A stretch of DNA of 58,893 nucleotides, taken from positions 1-58,893 of the forward strand of contig JBBIVV010000013.1 of assembly GCA_037439545.1 (NCBI GenBank), in the 5' to 3' direction. Source of the stretch: a bacterium. GTDB lineage: Bacteria; JAMCPX01. The position numbers were made by a program, and so were the translations under genes. Below are positions 48,735 to 58,893 of the stretch, piece after piece (the stretch's first letter is position 1; every line of letters starts with the position of its first letter). Below the pieces are notes generated by a model. It saw nothing but the letters and a program-made list of their open reading frames with translations, was not told where the DNA came from and searched no databases.

Positions 48735-49268
48735 ATGAATGAAGATACCGGTGTCTTATTTAAAGAGGTGCAGAAATTCAGACAGACATGGCTCTGGGTG
48801 TTGTTAATAGTCGTATTCCTGCAGGGTACGATACTCCTGGGCAGGGGCATATTTCAGCAGCTCGTTTTAAATAAACCATGGGGCAAGACACCGATGTCAG
48901 ACTCCATGCTTGTTGCTATTGGAATAGTCTATGTCATTATTGTTATCACGATCCCGGGAATTTTTTATATCGCCAAGCTTATGACAGAAGTACGCAGAGA
49001 CGGACTGTATTTCCGTTTTATACCTTTCCACCGTTCGTATCATGTGATCCCTTTTGAAGCATTCAAGACATACGAGTCCTGCACCTACAGGCCTGTCAGA
49101 GACTACGGCGGATACGGCATCCACCGCGGGCTGAAAGGCAAGGCATACAATGTCAGCGGTAACCGCGGTATACGATTGGAGCTTATCGACGGAAAGAGGA
49201 TATTGATCGGCTCGCAGATGCCCGAAGAACTCAAAAGGGCGATCGATGCGGCAATGGGTAAAAGGTAA
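48735..49268 (+). CDS. Conserved membrane protein (DUF6141-like)
   Basis: FKEVQKFRQ start, two TM segments, YRPVRDYGGYGI and AYNVSGNRG...LIGSQ. Confidence 0.7.
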   Translation: MNEDTGVLFKEVQKFRQTWLWVLLIVVFLQGTILLGRGIFQQLVLNKPWGKTPMSDSMLVAIGIVYVIIVITIPGIFYIAKLMTEVRRDGLYFRFIPFHRSYHVIPFEAFKTYESCTYRPVRDYGGYGIHRGLKGKAYNVSGNRGIRLELIDGKRILIGSQMPEELKRAIDAAMGKR

Positions 49269-49314
49269 GATAGTATCTTCACGGACAAAACATCGCGCTG
49301 ATTGAGAGAAACGG

Positions 49315-50877
49315 GTGAATAAAAAGAACATAGAATTGAACACGCAGTTTCAGAGGGCGCTTGCGGCCATGGAAAACACCGCCCGGCACGTTTTCATTAC
49401 CGGCAGGGCCGGCACCGGGAAATCCACACTCCTCGATTATTTCCGGAGCAGCACGAAAAAAGAGATAGTCGTCCTCGCATCGACGGGCGTGGCGGCATTG
49501 AACGTACAGGGACAAACCATTCATTCTTTTTTTGGGTTTAAACCGAATGTGACCCTGCAATCAATAAAAAAACACAAGCAGGGCAACGAAATCTACAAAG
49601 AATTAGACGCGATCATAATCGACGAGGTGTCCATGGTGCGGGCGGACCTCATGGACTGCATAGATAAGTTTCTCAGGCTGAACGGCAAGAGTAAGAATGA
49701 ACCTTTCGGCGGTATTCAGATGATCTTCATCGGCGATCTTTACCAGCTCCCGCCTGTGGTGTCCGGCAATGAAAAAGAGGCATTCCGGCATAATTATGAG
49801 AGCCCCTTTTTCTTCGATGCCATAGCAATGAAACCGCTCGATATGGAGTTTATCGAGCTTGAAAAAATATACCGACAAAAGGATGCGTCGTTCATTTCAC
49901 TGCTCAATGCGATCAGAAACAACTCTATAACCGGTGAAGAGCTTGAACTTTTGAACCGCAGATACGTACCGGGTTTCGGGACTGCTATCGATGATTTCAA
50001 TGTCTGGCTTACCGCAACGAATGAAGCCTCCGACAGGATAAACATGGATCATCTTGCACGATTAAAAGGAGACACGCTCTTTTATGAAGGAGACGTGCAG
50101 GGTGACTTTAAACAGGATGCATTACCGACGCAGATTAACCTTCAACTCAAGATTGGCGCTCAGGTGATGCTTCTCAATAATGATTCATACGGCAGGTGGG
50201 TAAACGGGAGCATCGGTAAGATAATCGATGTAGACAAAGAGAATGAAGATGTGAATCTTATTATCGTGGAACTGACGACGGGCGAGACCGTCGACGTCAC
50301 GCCTTTCAAATGGGAGCTTTTCGATTATCAGTACGACAGAGTGAAAAGACAGATCGAATCCGAGGTCGCCGGTTCATTTACGCAGTATCCGGTAAAACTC
50401 GCATGGGCGATGACGATCCATAAGAGTCAGGGTAAAACATTCGAGAAGGTCGTCATCGACATCGGCAGGGGCACCTTTGCCACGGGACAGATGTATGTTG
50501 CCCTGAGCAGATGTACAAGTCTTGAAGGGATTATTCTTAAAAAACCGGTAGAGAAAAAAAATATTTTCATAGATTGGCGGATAGTCAGGTTCGTAACCGG
50601 TTATCAGTACGGGATATCGGACAGGCTCTGCTCGTTTGATGACAAGATAAAGCTGGTCGAGAAGGCTATACAGGAGCGGAAGAAGCTCAAGATCGTCTAC
50701 CTCAAGAATAACGATACAAAGTCCATAAGGGTGATCACGCCGCATAGTGTCGGCGAGATGGAGTATCTCGGGAAAAGATACATCGGGGTGGAGGCGTTCT
50801 GCCACGAACGCAACGGAGCGAGAACATTCCGTATAGACAGGATACTCGAGATAAGCGGGGTAAATCAGGTTTTATAA
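49315..50877 (+). CDS. Pif1/RecD-like SF1B helicase with C-terminal WYL domain
   Basis: GRAGTGKS, IIDEVSMV, GDLYQLPPV, TIHKSQG and GQMYVALSR; C-terminal IVY...RVITP...AFCHERNGARTFRIDRI. Confidence 0.9.
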   Translation: MNKKNIELNTQFQRALAAMENTARHVFITGRAGTGKSTLLDYFRSSTKKEIVVLASTGVAALNVQGQTIHSFFGFKPNVTLQSIKKHKQGNEIYKELDAIIIDEVSMVRADLMDCIDKFLRLNGKSKNEPFGGIQMIFIGDLYQLPPVVSGNEKEAFRHNYESPFFFDAIAMKPLDMEFIELEKIYRQKDASFISLLNAIRNNSITGEELELLNRRYVPGFGTAIDDFNVWLTATNEASDRINMDHLARLKGDTLFYEGDVQGDFKQDALPTQINLQLKIGAQVMLLNNDSYGRWVNGSIGKIIDVDKENEDVNLIIVELTTGETVDVTPFKWELFDYQYDRVKRQIESEVAGSFTQYPVKLAWAMTIHKSQGKTFEKVVIDIGRGTFATGQMYVALSRCTSLEGIILKKPVEKKNIFIDWRIVRFVTGYQYGISDRLCSFDDKIKLVEKAIQERKKLKIVYLKNNDTKSIRVITPHSVGEMEYLGKRYIGVEAFCHERNGARTFRIDRILEISGVNQVL

Positions 50878-51330
50878 TTATGACTTCCTTCTCTTTTTAA
50901 AGAACGCTTTTAACAGCAGTGCTGCTTTCTCTTCCTGAACACCGGATACGACCTCGACGCTGTGATTCAATCTCGAATCATGAAAAATATCGAACAAAGT
51001 CATGGCACCTGCCTTAGTGTCATACGCACCGAATATAAGCTCTTTTATCCTTGCATGTAGCATGGCTCCGGCGCACATCATGCACGGTTCAATGGTAACG
51101 TACAGTCTCGCTTCTGTGAGTCTGTAATTTCCGAGCTTCTGCCCTGCTTTTCTTAAAGCAAGTATCTCTGCATGCGCAGATGGATCATTCATTGTTATGA
51201 CGCTGTTATGTGCACGGGCAATAACTGTATCGTCAATTACCACTACAGCCCCCACAGGCACCTCTCCCTGCTCCTCGGCTCTCTTCGCCTGCTCGATTGC
51301 CCTGTCCATATAATATATGTGGTTGTGCAT
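50878..51330 (-). CDS. tadA: tRNA adenosine(34) deaminase
   Basis: GEVPVGAVVV, AHAEILALR and TIEPCMMCAGA motifs. Confidence 0.95.
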   Translation of the reverse strand: MHNHIYYMDRAIEQAKRAEEQGEVPVGAVVVIDDTVIARAHNSVITMNDPSAHAEILALRKAGQKLGNYRLTEARLYVTIEPCMMCAGAMLHARIKELIFGAYDTKAGAMTLFDIFHDSRLNHSVEVVSGVQEEKAALLLKAFFKKRRKS

Positions 51331-51450
51331 GTTTTATTCAGATACACCGGTCTGGTGCTTTTTTCAACGATCTTTGTCTGCTGCCATACATCCATATCTA
51401 TCTGCGATTGCGGCTTATTGCACCACGCTCCACATAAAATTAACTATTTC

Positions 51451-51497
51451 TTGACATTAAAAAGTTTAGCATGTAGAAAATTGATAAATATATCAAT
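51451..51497 (+). promoter_or_regulatory. Sigma70-like promoter with an adjacent palindromic operator
   Basis: TTGACA (51451-56), 17-bp spacer, TAGAAA (51474-79); palindrome attgata-aata-tatcaat at 51480-51497. Confidence 0.55.
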
Positions 51498-51515
51498 GTA
51501 AAGGAGGTGATCGAG

Positions 51516-51860
51516 ATGGTAGACTTTCCTAAAACGGTAAAAGAGCTTTTTGAAAAAACAATTCCGGATAATATCAATAGGGATCTTGAGAAGGCAAAGG
51601 GGCTTAACGCAGTATATCAGTTTGATATTACGGGAGACGAGCCGGGCACATGGGTTGTCAATGCTACTGCTGCGAAACAGGGCGTATCAAGCGGCCCATC
51701 ACCTGATGCAAAATGCACAATCACAGTTGCGGGTAAGGACATACTTGATATTGTATCGGGTAAGTTGAACCCACAGATGGCTTTCATGTCGGGAAAATTA
51801 AAGATAAAAGGTGACATGGGGCTTGCATTAAAGCTACAGAATGTTCTAAAAGCAAGTTAA
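51516..51860 (+). CDS. SCP2 sterol/lipid-binding domain protein
   Basis: YQFDITG and GKLNPQMAFMSGKLKIKGDMGLALKL; AAGGAGGT RBS before ATG 51516. Confidence 0.92.
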   Translation: MVDFPKTVKELFEKTIPDNINRDLEKAKGLNAVYQFDITGDEPGTWVVNATAAKQGVSSGPSPDAKCTITVAGKDILDIVSGKLNPQMAFMSGKLKIKGDMGLALKLQNVLKAS

Positions 51861-51865
51861 TAATA

Positions 51866-51900
51866 GGGCGATGGCGCCTCGGTGTCATCGCTCCTTTTTT
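51866..51900 (+). terminator. Intrinsic terminator after the SCP2 gene
   Basis: Stem gggcgatggcgcc/ggtgtcatcgctc (with G-U pairs) followed by T6. Confidence 0.75.
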
Positions 51901-51957
51901 GTCTTTTCATACCGCCACATTTGAAATCTTTGCCCTTTTATAGCTATACTGCAATCT

Positions 51958-52968
51958 ATGGGCGTAATTTCTCTAAAGGCTATAGAAGAACATTTCTATA
52001 AATTTGTAAGCCGGTTTAATCTGTTTAAAACCCAGGGACGTGTCGGCATCGGTGTTTCAGGCGGACCCGATTCAGTATGTCTGGCAGCACTTATGAAACG
52101 CTACGAAAAGCAATTGTGCGTCGAACCCGTTATACTGCATGTAAACCACCATCTCAGGGGAAAAGAATCGGACAGGGACGAGCAATTCGTAATGAACATG
52201 GCCAACAACATCCTTGGCTTTGAATTTGTCAAATATGACGTCAACCTCACCAAAAATGATCTTAAGGGGAACTCACTTGAAGCGATTGCAAGGGATAAAC
52301 GATACGCTGCTTTCGAGCACGGAAAACGCATGCTCAAGCTCAACTGCATCGCACTTGCACATACCATGAATGACAACGCAGAAACAATACTGATCAATAT
52401 ACTCAGGGGCACGGGCATCACGGGTATAAGCGGCATACCGCCGGTAAGAGATTACATCGTAAGACCGATGCTTGGACTTTCACGGAACGATGTTATAACT
52501 TATTTGAAGTCGAACAAAATGGAATATATGCACGATAGTACCAATGACTCTCAAGATCATCTAAGGAACCGGGTAAGGCACGAGATAGTCCCCGGAATGA
52601 TAAAGCTGAATCCGGGTTTTCTGGATCACCTGTTCTTCCTGTCTCATGATTTGAGGGAAGCAGACGGCTTTCTGAACACTCTGTCCATAAAGGCTTACAG
52701 CGATGTTGTTGCAAACAGAAGGCAGGGCATGCTTTCTCTCGATATAAAGAAATTGCTTGTCTATGATCGGGTCATCATAAAAAGGATACTCCAGATAGCC
52801 TTAAAGAATATACTCGACACCTATTATAACCCGCGAAGGGAATACATCGATTCTATGATTGACATGCTTATGGACAGGCAGGATAATTCGAGGATACTCG
52901 ATATGTTTCCGGACAAACTTAAAGTTTATAAGAACAAACAAGTCCTCATTTTCGATAAACTTGGTTAA
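51958..52968 (+). CDS. tilS: tRNA(Ile)-lysidine synthase (short form)
   Basis: GVSGGPDS, HVNHHLRG, ARDKRY, AHTMNDNAET and RNRVR motifs. Confidence 0.93.
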   Translation: MGVISLKAIEEHFYKFVSRFNLFKTQGRVGIGVSGGPDSVCLAALMKRYEKQLCVEPVILHVNHHLRGKESDRDEQFVMNMANNILGFEFVKYDVNLTKNDLKGNSLEAIARDKRYAAFEHGKRMLKLNCIALAHTMNDNAETILINILRGTGITGISGIPPVRDYIVRPMLGLSRNDVITYLKSNKMEYMHDSTNDSQDHLRNRVRHEIVPGMIKLNPGFLDHLFFLSHDLREADGFLNTLSIKAYSDVVANRRQGMLSLDIKKLLVYDRVIIKRILQIALKNILDTYYNPRREYIDSMIDMLMDRQDNSRILDMFPDKLKVYKNKQVLIFDKLG

Positions 52969-53029
52969 AACCGGAGATTACTATTGATTATTTCGAATAA
53001 TTTGCTTACTTTTTAGATGAGGTAAACTA

Positions 53030-54865
53030 ATGAACGGACAAAATGAAAAAAAACCAGTGAATCAAAACAGTAAAATACCGGGCCTTGCAAAAAACATCGG
53101 CCTATGGATCGTGATATTTGCTATCACAGTATTCCTTATAAAGTTCATAAATCAGCCGACACAACAGGTAAAAGACATGACCTTCAGCGAGTTTATGCAG
53201 GCTCTTACTGCAAACCAGGTAAAATCCGTGGTCATCAAGGGACATACTATCACAGGAAAGACGAGCGACAATAAAGCATTTACCACATATACCCCTGACG
53301 ACCCGACGCTTGTAAAAGCTATGCTGGATAAGGGCATCAACATCACGGCAAAATCAGAGGAACAGGACTCCGTGTGGAGAAGTATTTTGATAACATGGCT
53401 GCCTCTCTTGATAATATTTGTACTCTGGTGGTTCTTTTTTACACGCCAGATGCAGGCAGGAACCGGTAAGGCTATGTCCTTTGGCAGAAGCAGGGCAAAG
53501 CTGTCGAACGAAGGTATCCAGAATATAACCTTTAAAGATGTCGCCGGTATCGAAGAGGTGAAATCTGAGCTGCTGGAGATCATTGAGTTTTTAAAAAATC
53601 CGCAGAAATTTACGAGGCTTGGCGGCAGGGTACCGAGAGGCGTATTGCTCATCGGTGCGCCGGGAACCGGAAAGACCCTGCTGGCAAAAGCAATAGCAGG
53701 AGAGGCAAAAGTCCCGTTTTTCAGTATAAGCGGCTCTGATTTCGTTGAGATGTTTGTCGGTGTCGGTGCAGCAAGGGTAAGAGACCTGTTTCTTCAGGCA
53801 AAAAAGAATGCACCCTGTATCATATTTATGGACGAGATAGATGCAGTCGGAAGATACAGGGGCGCAGGGCTCGGCGGGGGGCATGACGAACGGGAACAGA
53901 CCCTGAACCAGCTCCTTGTTGAAATGGACGGTTTCATAGCAAATGAGGAAGTCATCATGATAGCCGCAACCAACAGGCCCGACATACTTGACCCGGCATT
54001 GTTAAGGCCCGGCAGGTTTGACCGGAGGGTCATTGTCCATGTACCTGACCTGAAAGGCAGGGAAGAAATATTAAAAGTGCACACAAAGAAGATTCCTCTC
54101 GATGCGGACGTTGACCTGAATGTCATAGCACGGGGCATTCCCGGTGCCACGGGCGCCGACCTTGCTAATGTTGCAAACGAGGCTGCCCTGCTTGCCGCAA
54201 AAAAATCGAAGGAAAAGGTCTCCATGCTCGAGTTCGAAGAGGCAAAGGACAAGATCCTTATGGGAGTGGAGCGCAAGAGCATGATTATCGGAGACAAGGA
54301 AAAAAGGCTTATTGCATACCATGAAGCAGGACATGCGCTTGTCGCAAAATCGATACCGAATGCAGACCCTATACATAAAGTTACGATTGTCCCGAGAGGA
54401 CTGGCGCTCGGACTTACTCTCCAGCTCCCGACAGAAGACAAGTATACCATTTCAAAAGAAAACCTTCTTGCAACCATAACCGTGCTTATGGGAGGCAGAG
54501 CTGCGGAGCAGATAGCACTCGGAGACTCATCGACAGGAGCAAGTAATGACCTCGAAAAAGCGACAGAACTTGCAAGAAAAATGATATGTGAGTGGGGTAT
54601 GAGTGAAAAACTCGGACCGATTACCTACGGCAAAAAAGAAGAGCTTATCTTCCTGGGCAAAGAAGTCGGCAGGCAGAGTGAGTATAGTCAGTCTACTGCC
54701 GTTGAAATAGACAGCGAGATAAAGACTATCATCATGACCTGCTACAACAATGCCGCAGAGCTCCTGAAAACCAAGCTTGACACACTCAATAGGTTTGCGA
54801 ACAAGCTCCTCGAAAAAGAGATACTCGATGCAAACGAGATTGATGCCCTTGTTAACCCGTCATAG
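53030..54865 (+). CDS. ftsH: ATP-dependent zinc metalloprotease FtsH
   Basis: Two TM segments, [22 protein letters not shown] and HEAGH. Confidence 0.98.
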   Translation: MNGQNEKKPVNQNSKIPGLAKNIGLWIVIFAITVFLIKFINQPTQQVKDMTFSEFMQALTANQVKSVVIKGHTITGKTSDNKAFTTYTPDDPTLVKAMLDKGINITAKSEEQDSVWRSILITWLPLLIIFVLWWFFFTRQMQAGTGKAMSFGRSRAKLSNEGIQNITFKDVAGIEEVKSELLEIIEFLKNPQKFTRLGGRVPRGVLLIGAPGTGKTLLAKAIAGEAKVPFFSISGSDFVEMFVGVGAARVRDLFLQAKKNAPCIIFMDEIDAVGRYRGAGLGGGHDEREQTLNQLLVEMDGFIANEEVIMIAATNRPDILDPALLRPGRFDRRVIVHVPDLKGREEILKVHTKKIPLDADVDLNVIARGIPGATGADLANVANEAALLAAKKSKEKVSMLEFEEAKDKILMGVERKSMIIGDKEKRLIAYHEAGHALVAKSIPNADPIHKVTIVPRGLALGLTLQLPTEDKYTISKENLLATITVLMGGRAAEQIALGDSSTGASNDLEKATELARKMICEWGMSEKLGPITYGKKEELIFLGKEVGRQSEYSQSTAVEIDSEIKTIIMTCYNNAAELLKTKLDTLNRFANKLLEKEILDANEIDALVNPS

Positions 54866-54914
54866 TTTCACCCGCTAAAACAGTGAAGATGCTGTATATA
54901 TAGTCATTGATAAG

Positions 54915-56114
54915 ATGAAGAGGGTATACCTTTTAAATCCGTTGTCCGTGAAAGAGATTGTTTCACATTTTAAATCCTTGTCCGTGCATCCCGGGGGCAT
55001 CGAGATCATGGGAAAGAAATCCATATTCTACACATTTAAAATCAAATCCCTGTCCTCGCCGGCGGCAAATATCCTTAAGCAGGAGGCTCTGGCAGCAGGT
55101 GCCGACCTTGCAACCGCATGGAGCGTCATAAAGGCATCCGATACCACAACAGATGCAATCCTGGCGGGAACGCACCGGCAAATCGAGATCATGGTGCAAA
55201 AAATAAAAACGCAGCAATTCGGACTGCCGCTCATCGCCGGCGAGCTCGAATCCGCCATAAAAAACCTTACCCGTTTGCATCCCGGGTTTAAATGCAGGAA
55301 TTCCGGCATCGATTTCACCGCAGGGCCCAAAATAATGGGTATTGTAAATATAACCCCGGACTCTTTTTCAGATGGAGGTAAATATTTTTCAACCGATGCT
55401 GCCGTCGAACAAGGCATGAATCTCTATGAACAGGGTGCAGACCTTTTAGACATAGGCGGAGAATCGACGAGGCCTGGCAGCAAATCAATCGATGCAAAGG
55501 AAGAAATGAGACGGGTAATCCCTGTCATAAAACGATTGAAGGAAGAACTAAAGATACCCGTTTCAATAGATACGACAAAATCAGTGGTAGCAAAAGCAGC
55601 GATCGATAACGGGGCAGATATTGTCAATGATATTAGCGCATTGACGCACGACCCCCGCATGCCGGATATCATAAAAAGATACAGGACCGGCGTTGTCCTG
55701 ATGCACATGAAAGGCACTCCAAAGACAATGCAGAAAGCGCCTGTATACGGCGATGTCATTGCAGATATTTTATCCTTTCTTGAGCAGCAGGCGGATTATG
55801 CACTGCAAAGAGGTATTGGCAGAGAACATATTATTGTTGACCCGGGCATAGGTTTTGGTAAAACATTGAAACACAATCTGTTGATATTGAAGCATTTAAA
55901 GGCATTCAAGGCACTTGGATTCCCGTTAATTGTCGGCGCTTCGAGAAAATCCTTCATAGGAAGGCTTACAGATACAGTCGTGGAACAGCGGATCCATGGC
56001 TCTATTGCAACAGCCGTATGGGCGGCTGCACATGGAGTTGATATTATAAGGGTTCATGATGTAAAAGAAACAAAGCAGGCTTTATTGATGATAAAACATA
56101 TAATGGATGCATGA
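54915..56114 (+). CDS. folP: Dihydropteroate synthase with N-terminal extension
   Basis: MGIVNITPDSFSDGG, GGESTRPG, DPGIGFGK, SRKSF and RVHDV motifs. Confidence 0.95.
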   Translation: MKRVYLLNPLSVKEIVSHFKSLSVHPGGIEIMGKKSIFYTFKIKSLSSPAANILKQEALAAGADLATAWSVIKASDTTTDAILAGTHRQIEIMVQKIKTQQFGLPLIAGELESAIKNLTRLHPGFKCRNSGIDFTAGPKIMGIVNITPDSFSDGGKYFSTDAAVEQGMNLYEQGADLLDIGGESTRPGSKSIDAKEEMRRVIPVIKRLKEELKIPVSIDTTKSVVAKAAIDNGADIVNDISALTHDPRMPDIIKRYRTGVVLMHMKGTPKTMQKAPVYGDVIADILSFLEQQADYALQRGIGREHIIVDPGIGFGKTLKHNLLILKHLKAFKALGFPLIVGASRKSFIGRLTDTVVEQRIHGSIATAVWAAAHGVDIIRVHDVKETKQALLMIKHIMDA

Positions 56115-56869
56115 TGCATATAGTGAATTACAGTATGATAAAAAATGCGGTTGATATACTTATTGTCAGCTATATTATCTACCGGCTTCTGCTGATGCTG
56201 AAAGGCACGAAGGCAGCACAAGTGCTCGAGGGGATTTTTGTTATCTTCGCAGCTTACATACTGTCCAATGTGTTTAACCTGACCACGCTCCATTGGATAT
56301 TGAACAACTTCATCAGTTCCATCGTGCTCATTATAATAATAGTGTTCCAGCAGGACATTAAACGCGCGCTTGCCTATATGGGAAAAGGGTATTTCGGCAG
56401 GTCTAATTCACATGCGGGAGAGCTCAAGACAAGCATCGAAGAGGTTACTGAGGCTGTAACATACCTGACCAAATCGAAGACCGGGGCATTGATCGTGTAT
56501 GAAAGAAACATAGGCATAAAAGAAGTAATAGATACGGGCAGGAGTCTCGATGCTCTCGTGACAAAAGAACTGCTCCTGACCATATTCAACACTCACACCC
56601 CCCTGCACGACGGCGCCGTCATAATAAAAGGCAAAAGGATAGTGGCTGCCGGCTGCATGCTGCCCCTGTCGCAGGATGTGCAATACCATCCGACCTATGG
56701 AACAAGACACAAGGCTGCATTCGGACTATCTGCTGAAACCGACGCGGTAATAATCATCGTTTCAGAGGAAACCGGCACGGTGTCCATAGTCGTCGATAAA
56801 GACATTAAAACGTATGACCCTCCGGAGACAATCAAGCCCGAATTGCTGAAAATCCTGGGTGCTGCATGA
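56111..56869 (+). CDS. cdaA: Diadenylate cyclase
   Basis: Three N-terminal TM segments; TPLHDGAVII, GTRHKAA and VSEETG motifs. Confidence 0.92.
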   Translation: MMHIVNYSMIKNAVDILIVSYIIYRLLLMLKGTKAAQVLEGIFVIFAAYILSNVFNLTTLHWILNNFISSIVLIIIIVFQQDIKRALAYMGKGYFGRSNSHAGELKTSIEEVTEAVTYLTKSKTGALIVYERNIGIKEVIDTGRSLDALVTKELLLTIFNTHTPLHDGAVIIKGKRIVAAGCMLPLSQDVQYHPTYGTRHKAAFGLSAETDAVIIIVSEETGTVSIVVDKDIKTYDPPETIKPELLKILGAA

Positions 56870-57522
56870 TGAAAAGATTATCGAAATTCGTCACGAACAA
56901 TTATGTTTATAAGATACTTTCCGTATTGATAGCCATATTCCTCTGGTTTTTTGCACAGAGTGAGAAGACATCCGAAGTCACCCTCAAGATACCGGTGGTA
57001 ATCAATGCCATGCCGGCCGGTGAAGTGATAATCACCGACGTCCCGCAGTACATAGAGCTTACGCTTTCAGGCCCTTCATCTGCACTATTCAGCTATGCCA
57101 ACAGCAAGCCGTTTTATAGAATAAACCTTTCAAAAACAGGCGTCGGCAATTATATCTTCAATGTGTCTCCATCTGAGTTCGACCTGCCGAACAAGTTGAA
57201 AATCGATTCGATATATCCGAACAACATAACCATCTCGCTTGACAGGATGGTGAGCAGGACAGTCGACGTCGGAGTTTCGATAGTCGGGAATCCCCCCGCT
57301 CATACCGCATTCAAGGGCATAGAAACAGAACCGGACAAAGTCATGGTAACAGGTCCTTCGACTATTATCAGCAACATAAATGTCGTCATGACCATACCGG
57401 TCGATATCAGTAAATTCAAAAACAATATTGCACTCATGGTCCCTCTGTCACTCTCCGGCAATAAAATGGTGACCGTGCAGCCGCAGGCAATAGTCGTCAT
57501 CTTTAAAATGAGAAACAAATGA
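56866..57522 (+). CDS. cdaR: YbbR-domain CdaA regulator
   Basis: N-terminal KILSVLIAIFLW anchor and YbbR-like repeats; sits between cdaA and glmM. Confidence 0.8.
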   Translation: MMKRLSKFVTNNYVYKILSVLIAIFLWFFAQSEKTSEVTLKIPVVINAMPAGEVIITDVPQYIELTLSGPSSALFSYANSKPFYRINLSKTGVGNYIFNVSPSEFDLPNKLKIDSIYPNNITISLDRMVSRTVDVGVSIVGNPPAHTAFKGIETEPDKVMVTGPSTIISNINVVMTIPVDISKFKNNIALMVPLSLSGNKMVTVQPQAIVVIFKMRNK

Positions 57523-58886
57523 GCAAGTTATTCGGAACGGACGGCGTACGGGGAACTGCGAACAAAGAGCCGATGACAGTCGAAACTGTTTTAAAGCTCG
57601 GCAAGGCTGCAAGCGCTCTCTTATCGAACGGAAAGCCGCACCATAAATTCGTTATCGGCAAGGACACGAGGCTTTCGGGATATATGTTCGAGATGGCTTT
57701 AACGGCCGGCATCACATCCATGGGCGGAGATGTGCTTTTAACGGGGCCGTTCCCGACTCCCGGTATCGCATACTTAACAACGGAGATTAAGGCCGATGTG
57801 GGTATCGTGATATCCGCTTCCCATAACCCGTACAGGGACAATGGGATAAAGTTCTTCGGGTCGGACGGATACAAGCTCAATGACACCATTGAGTCCGAGA
57901 TAGAAAAACTCGTGCTTTCCGACAAAGCGATTAAACCGTTTTTGCCGGATGAAAAAATAGGCAAGGCGTACAGACTTTCAGATGCAACAGGCAGGTATAT
58001 TGTATTCCTGAAACATTCATTCCCAAAAGAACTGTCTCTCTCCGGCTTACGTATGGTTATCGACTGTGCGAACGGCGCAACGTACAGGGTCGCACCTGCC
58101 GTGTTTCAGGAACTGGGCGCAAGCATTGCCGTTGTCTCAGCCCTGCCGAACGGAAAGAACATAAACCACAACTGCGGTTCAACGCATCCTGAGTCGATGG
58201 TTGATGCGGTAAGAAAGTACAAAGCTGATATCGGCATTGCATTTGATGGAGACGGCGACAGGGTCATACTGTGCGATGAGAAAGGGAACATTATAGATGG
58301 GGATGCTATCCTCGCAATGGCCGCCATCCACATGAAAAAAGAAGGCAGACTGAAAGGGAATGGAGTGGTATCCACGGTCATGAGCAATATAGGGCTCGAG
58401 CTTGCCTTGAAAAATGAAGGCATTAAACTCATCAGGGCAAATGTCGGAGACAGATATGTTCTCGAGAACATGCTCAAGGAAGGTTTTGTGCTCGGTGGAG
58501 AGCAGTCGGGACATATAATATTCGCCGAATACAACACCGCGGGAGACGGTATAGTCACCGCACTGCAGGTGCTTGCCCTTATGGTAATGAGCGGCAGGAA
58601 GTTATCCGACCTTGCAGGTGTCATGAAGCATTATCCCCAGGTAATGATCAACGTTAAGGTAACGAAAAAGCTGCCGTTTGTAAGCATGCCTGATGTTGAA
58701 AGAGCTATACAGCATGTGTCGGATGCCTTAAAAGATAAAGGAAGGGTGCTGGTAAGGTACTCGGGCACGGAGCCGCTCGTAAGGGTCATGGTTGAAGGTC
58801 CTGAACATGATCTTATACAGAGCTATGCGCAGGAAATTGCCGGCACCATAAAGAAAACCATCGGCGAAGCTGCTTCCGGTACATAA
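57519..58886 (+). CDS. glmM: Phosphoglucosamine mutase
   Basis: FGTDGVRG, SASHNP, DGDGDR, GGEQSGH and RYSGTEP motifs. Confidence 0.97.
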   Translation: MSKLFGTDGVRGTANKEPMTVETVLKLGKAASALLSNGKPHHKFVIGKDTRLSGYMFEMALTAGITSMGGDVLLTGPFPTPGIAYLTTEIKADVGIVISASHNPYRDNGIKFFGSDGYKLNDTIESEIEKLVLSDKAIKPFLPDEKIGKAYRLSDATGRYIVFLKHSFPKELSLSGLRMVIDCANGATYRVAPAVFQELGASIAVVSALPNGKNINHNCGSTHPESMVDAVRKYKADIGIAFDGDGDRVILCDEKGNIIDGDAILAMAAIHMKKEGRLKGNGVVSTVMSNIGLELALKNEGIKLIRANVGDRYVLENMLKEGFVLGGEQSGHIIFAEYNTAGDGIVTALQVLALMVMSGRKLSDLAGVMKHYPQVMINVKVTKKLPFVSMPDVERAIQHVSDALKDKGRVLVRYSGTEPLVRVMVEGPEHDLIQSYAQEIAGTIKKTIGEAASGT

Positions 58887-58893
58887 AGCTCCC

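Noticed and set aside
54915..55320. N-terminal extension of FolP as a novel fusion
   Set aside because: Long-form FolP with such an extension is familiar from several anaerobic lineages.
1..58893. CRISPR array, tRNA/rRNA genes, transposases, prophage genes, and the many short antisense ORFs in the track
   Set aside because: I saw no regularly spaced repeats, cloverleafs or mobile-element proteins by eye. The short ORFs are shadows of well-supported genes.

Overview
This is a gene-dense bacterial chromosomal window from a diderm organism. The tilS-ftsH-folP-cdaA-cdaR-glmM order and the futalosine menaquinone genes suggest a deltaproteobacterial- or Nitrospirota-like host (inference only). Most of it is housekeeping: aroE, ribF, deoB, gatCA, mqnE/mqnA, trpBA, tatD, rlmB, argD/argF, glmU/glmS, tadA, tilS, ftsH, folP, cdaA, glmM. 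The standout is an ~11 kb redox island (34.9-45.8 kb) of two divergent Rieske/cytochrome b operons carrying 16 CxxCH motifs. The leftward operon runs monoheme cyt c, cytoplasmic NAD(P)-linked FAD/Fe-S oxidoreductase, Rieske, cyt b, tetraheme cyt c, DoxX-like protein and a Cyc2-like outer-membrane cytochrome-porin, and ends in a strong terminator. It could wire an extracellular redox partner such as iron to NAD(H). The rightward operon holds an actinobacterial-QcrB-like cyt b and an atypical Rieske between two paralogous pentaheme cytochromes. Also notable are a thiolase-fold protein lacking both catalytic Cys with a DUF35 partner, a Pif1-WYL helicase, a TatD-radical SAM fusion, an Ig-like surface lipoprotein, and four kinds of intergenic palindromic (REP/MITE-like) elements. 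I recognised no rRNA, tRNA, CRISPR array or transposase. All calls come from reading motifs by eye; no database search was run.
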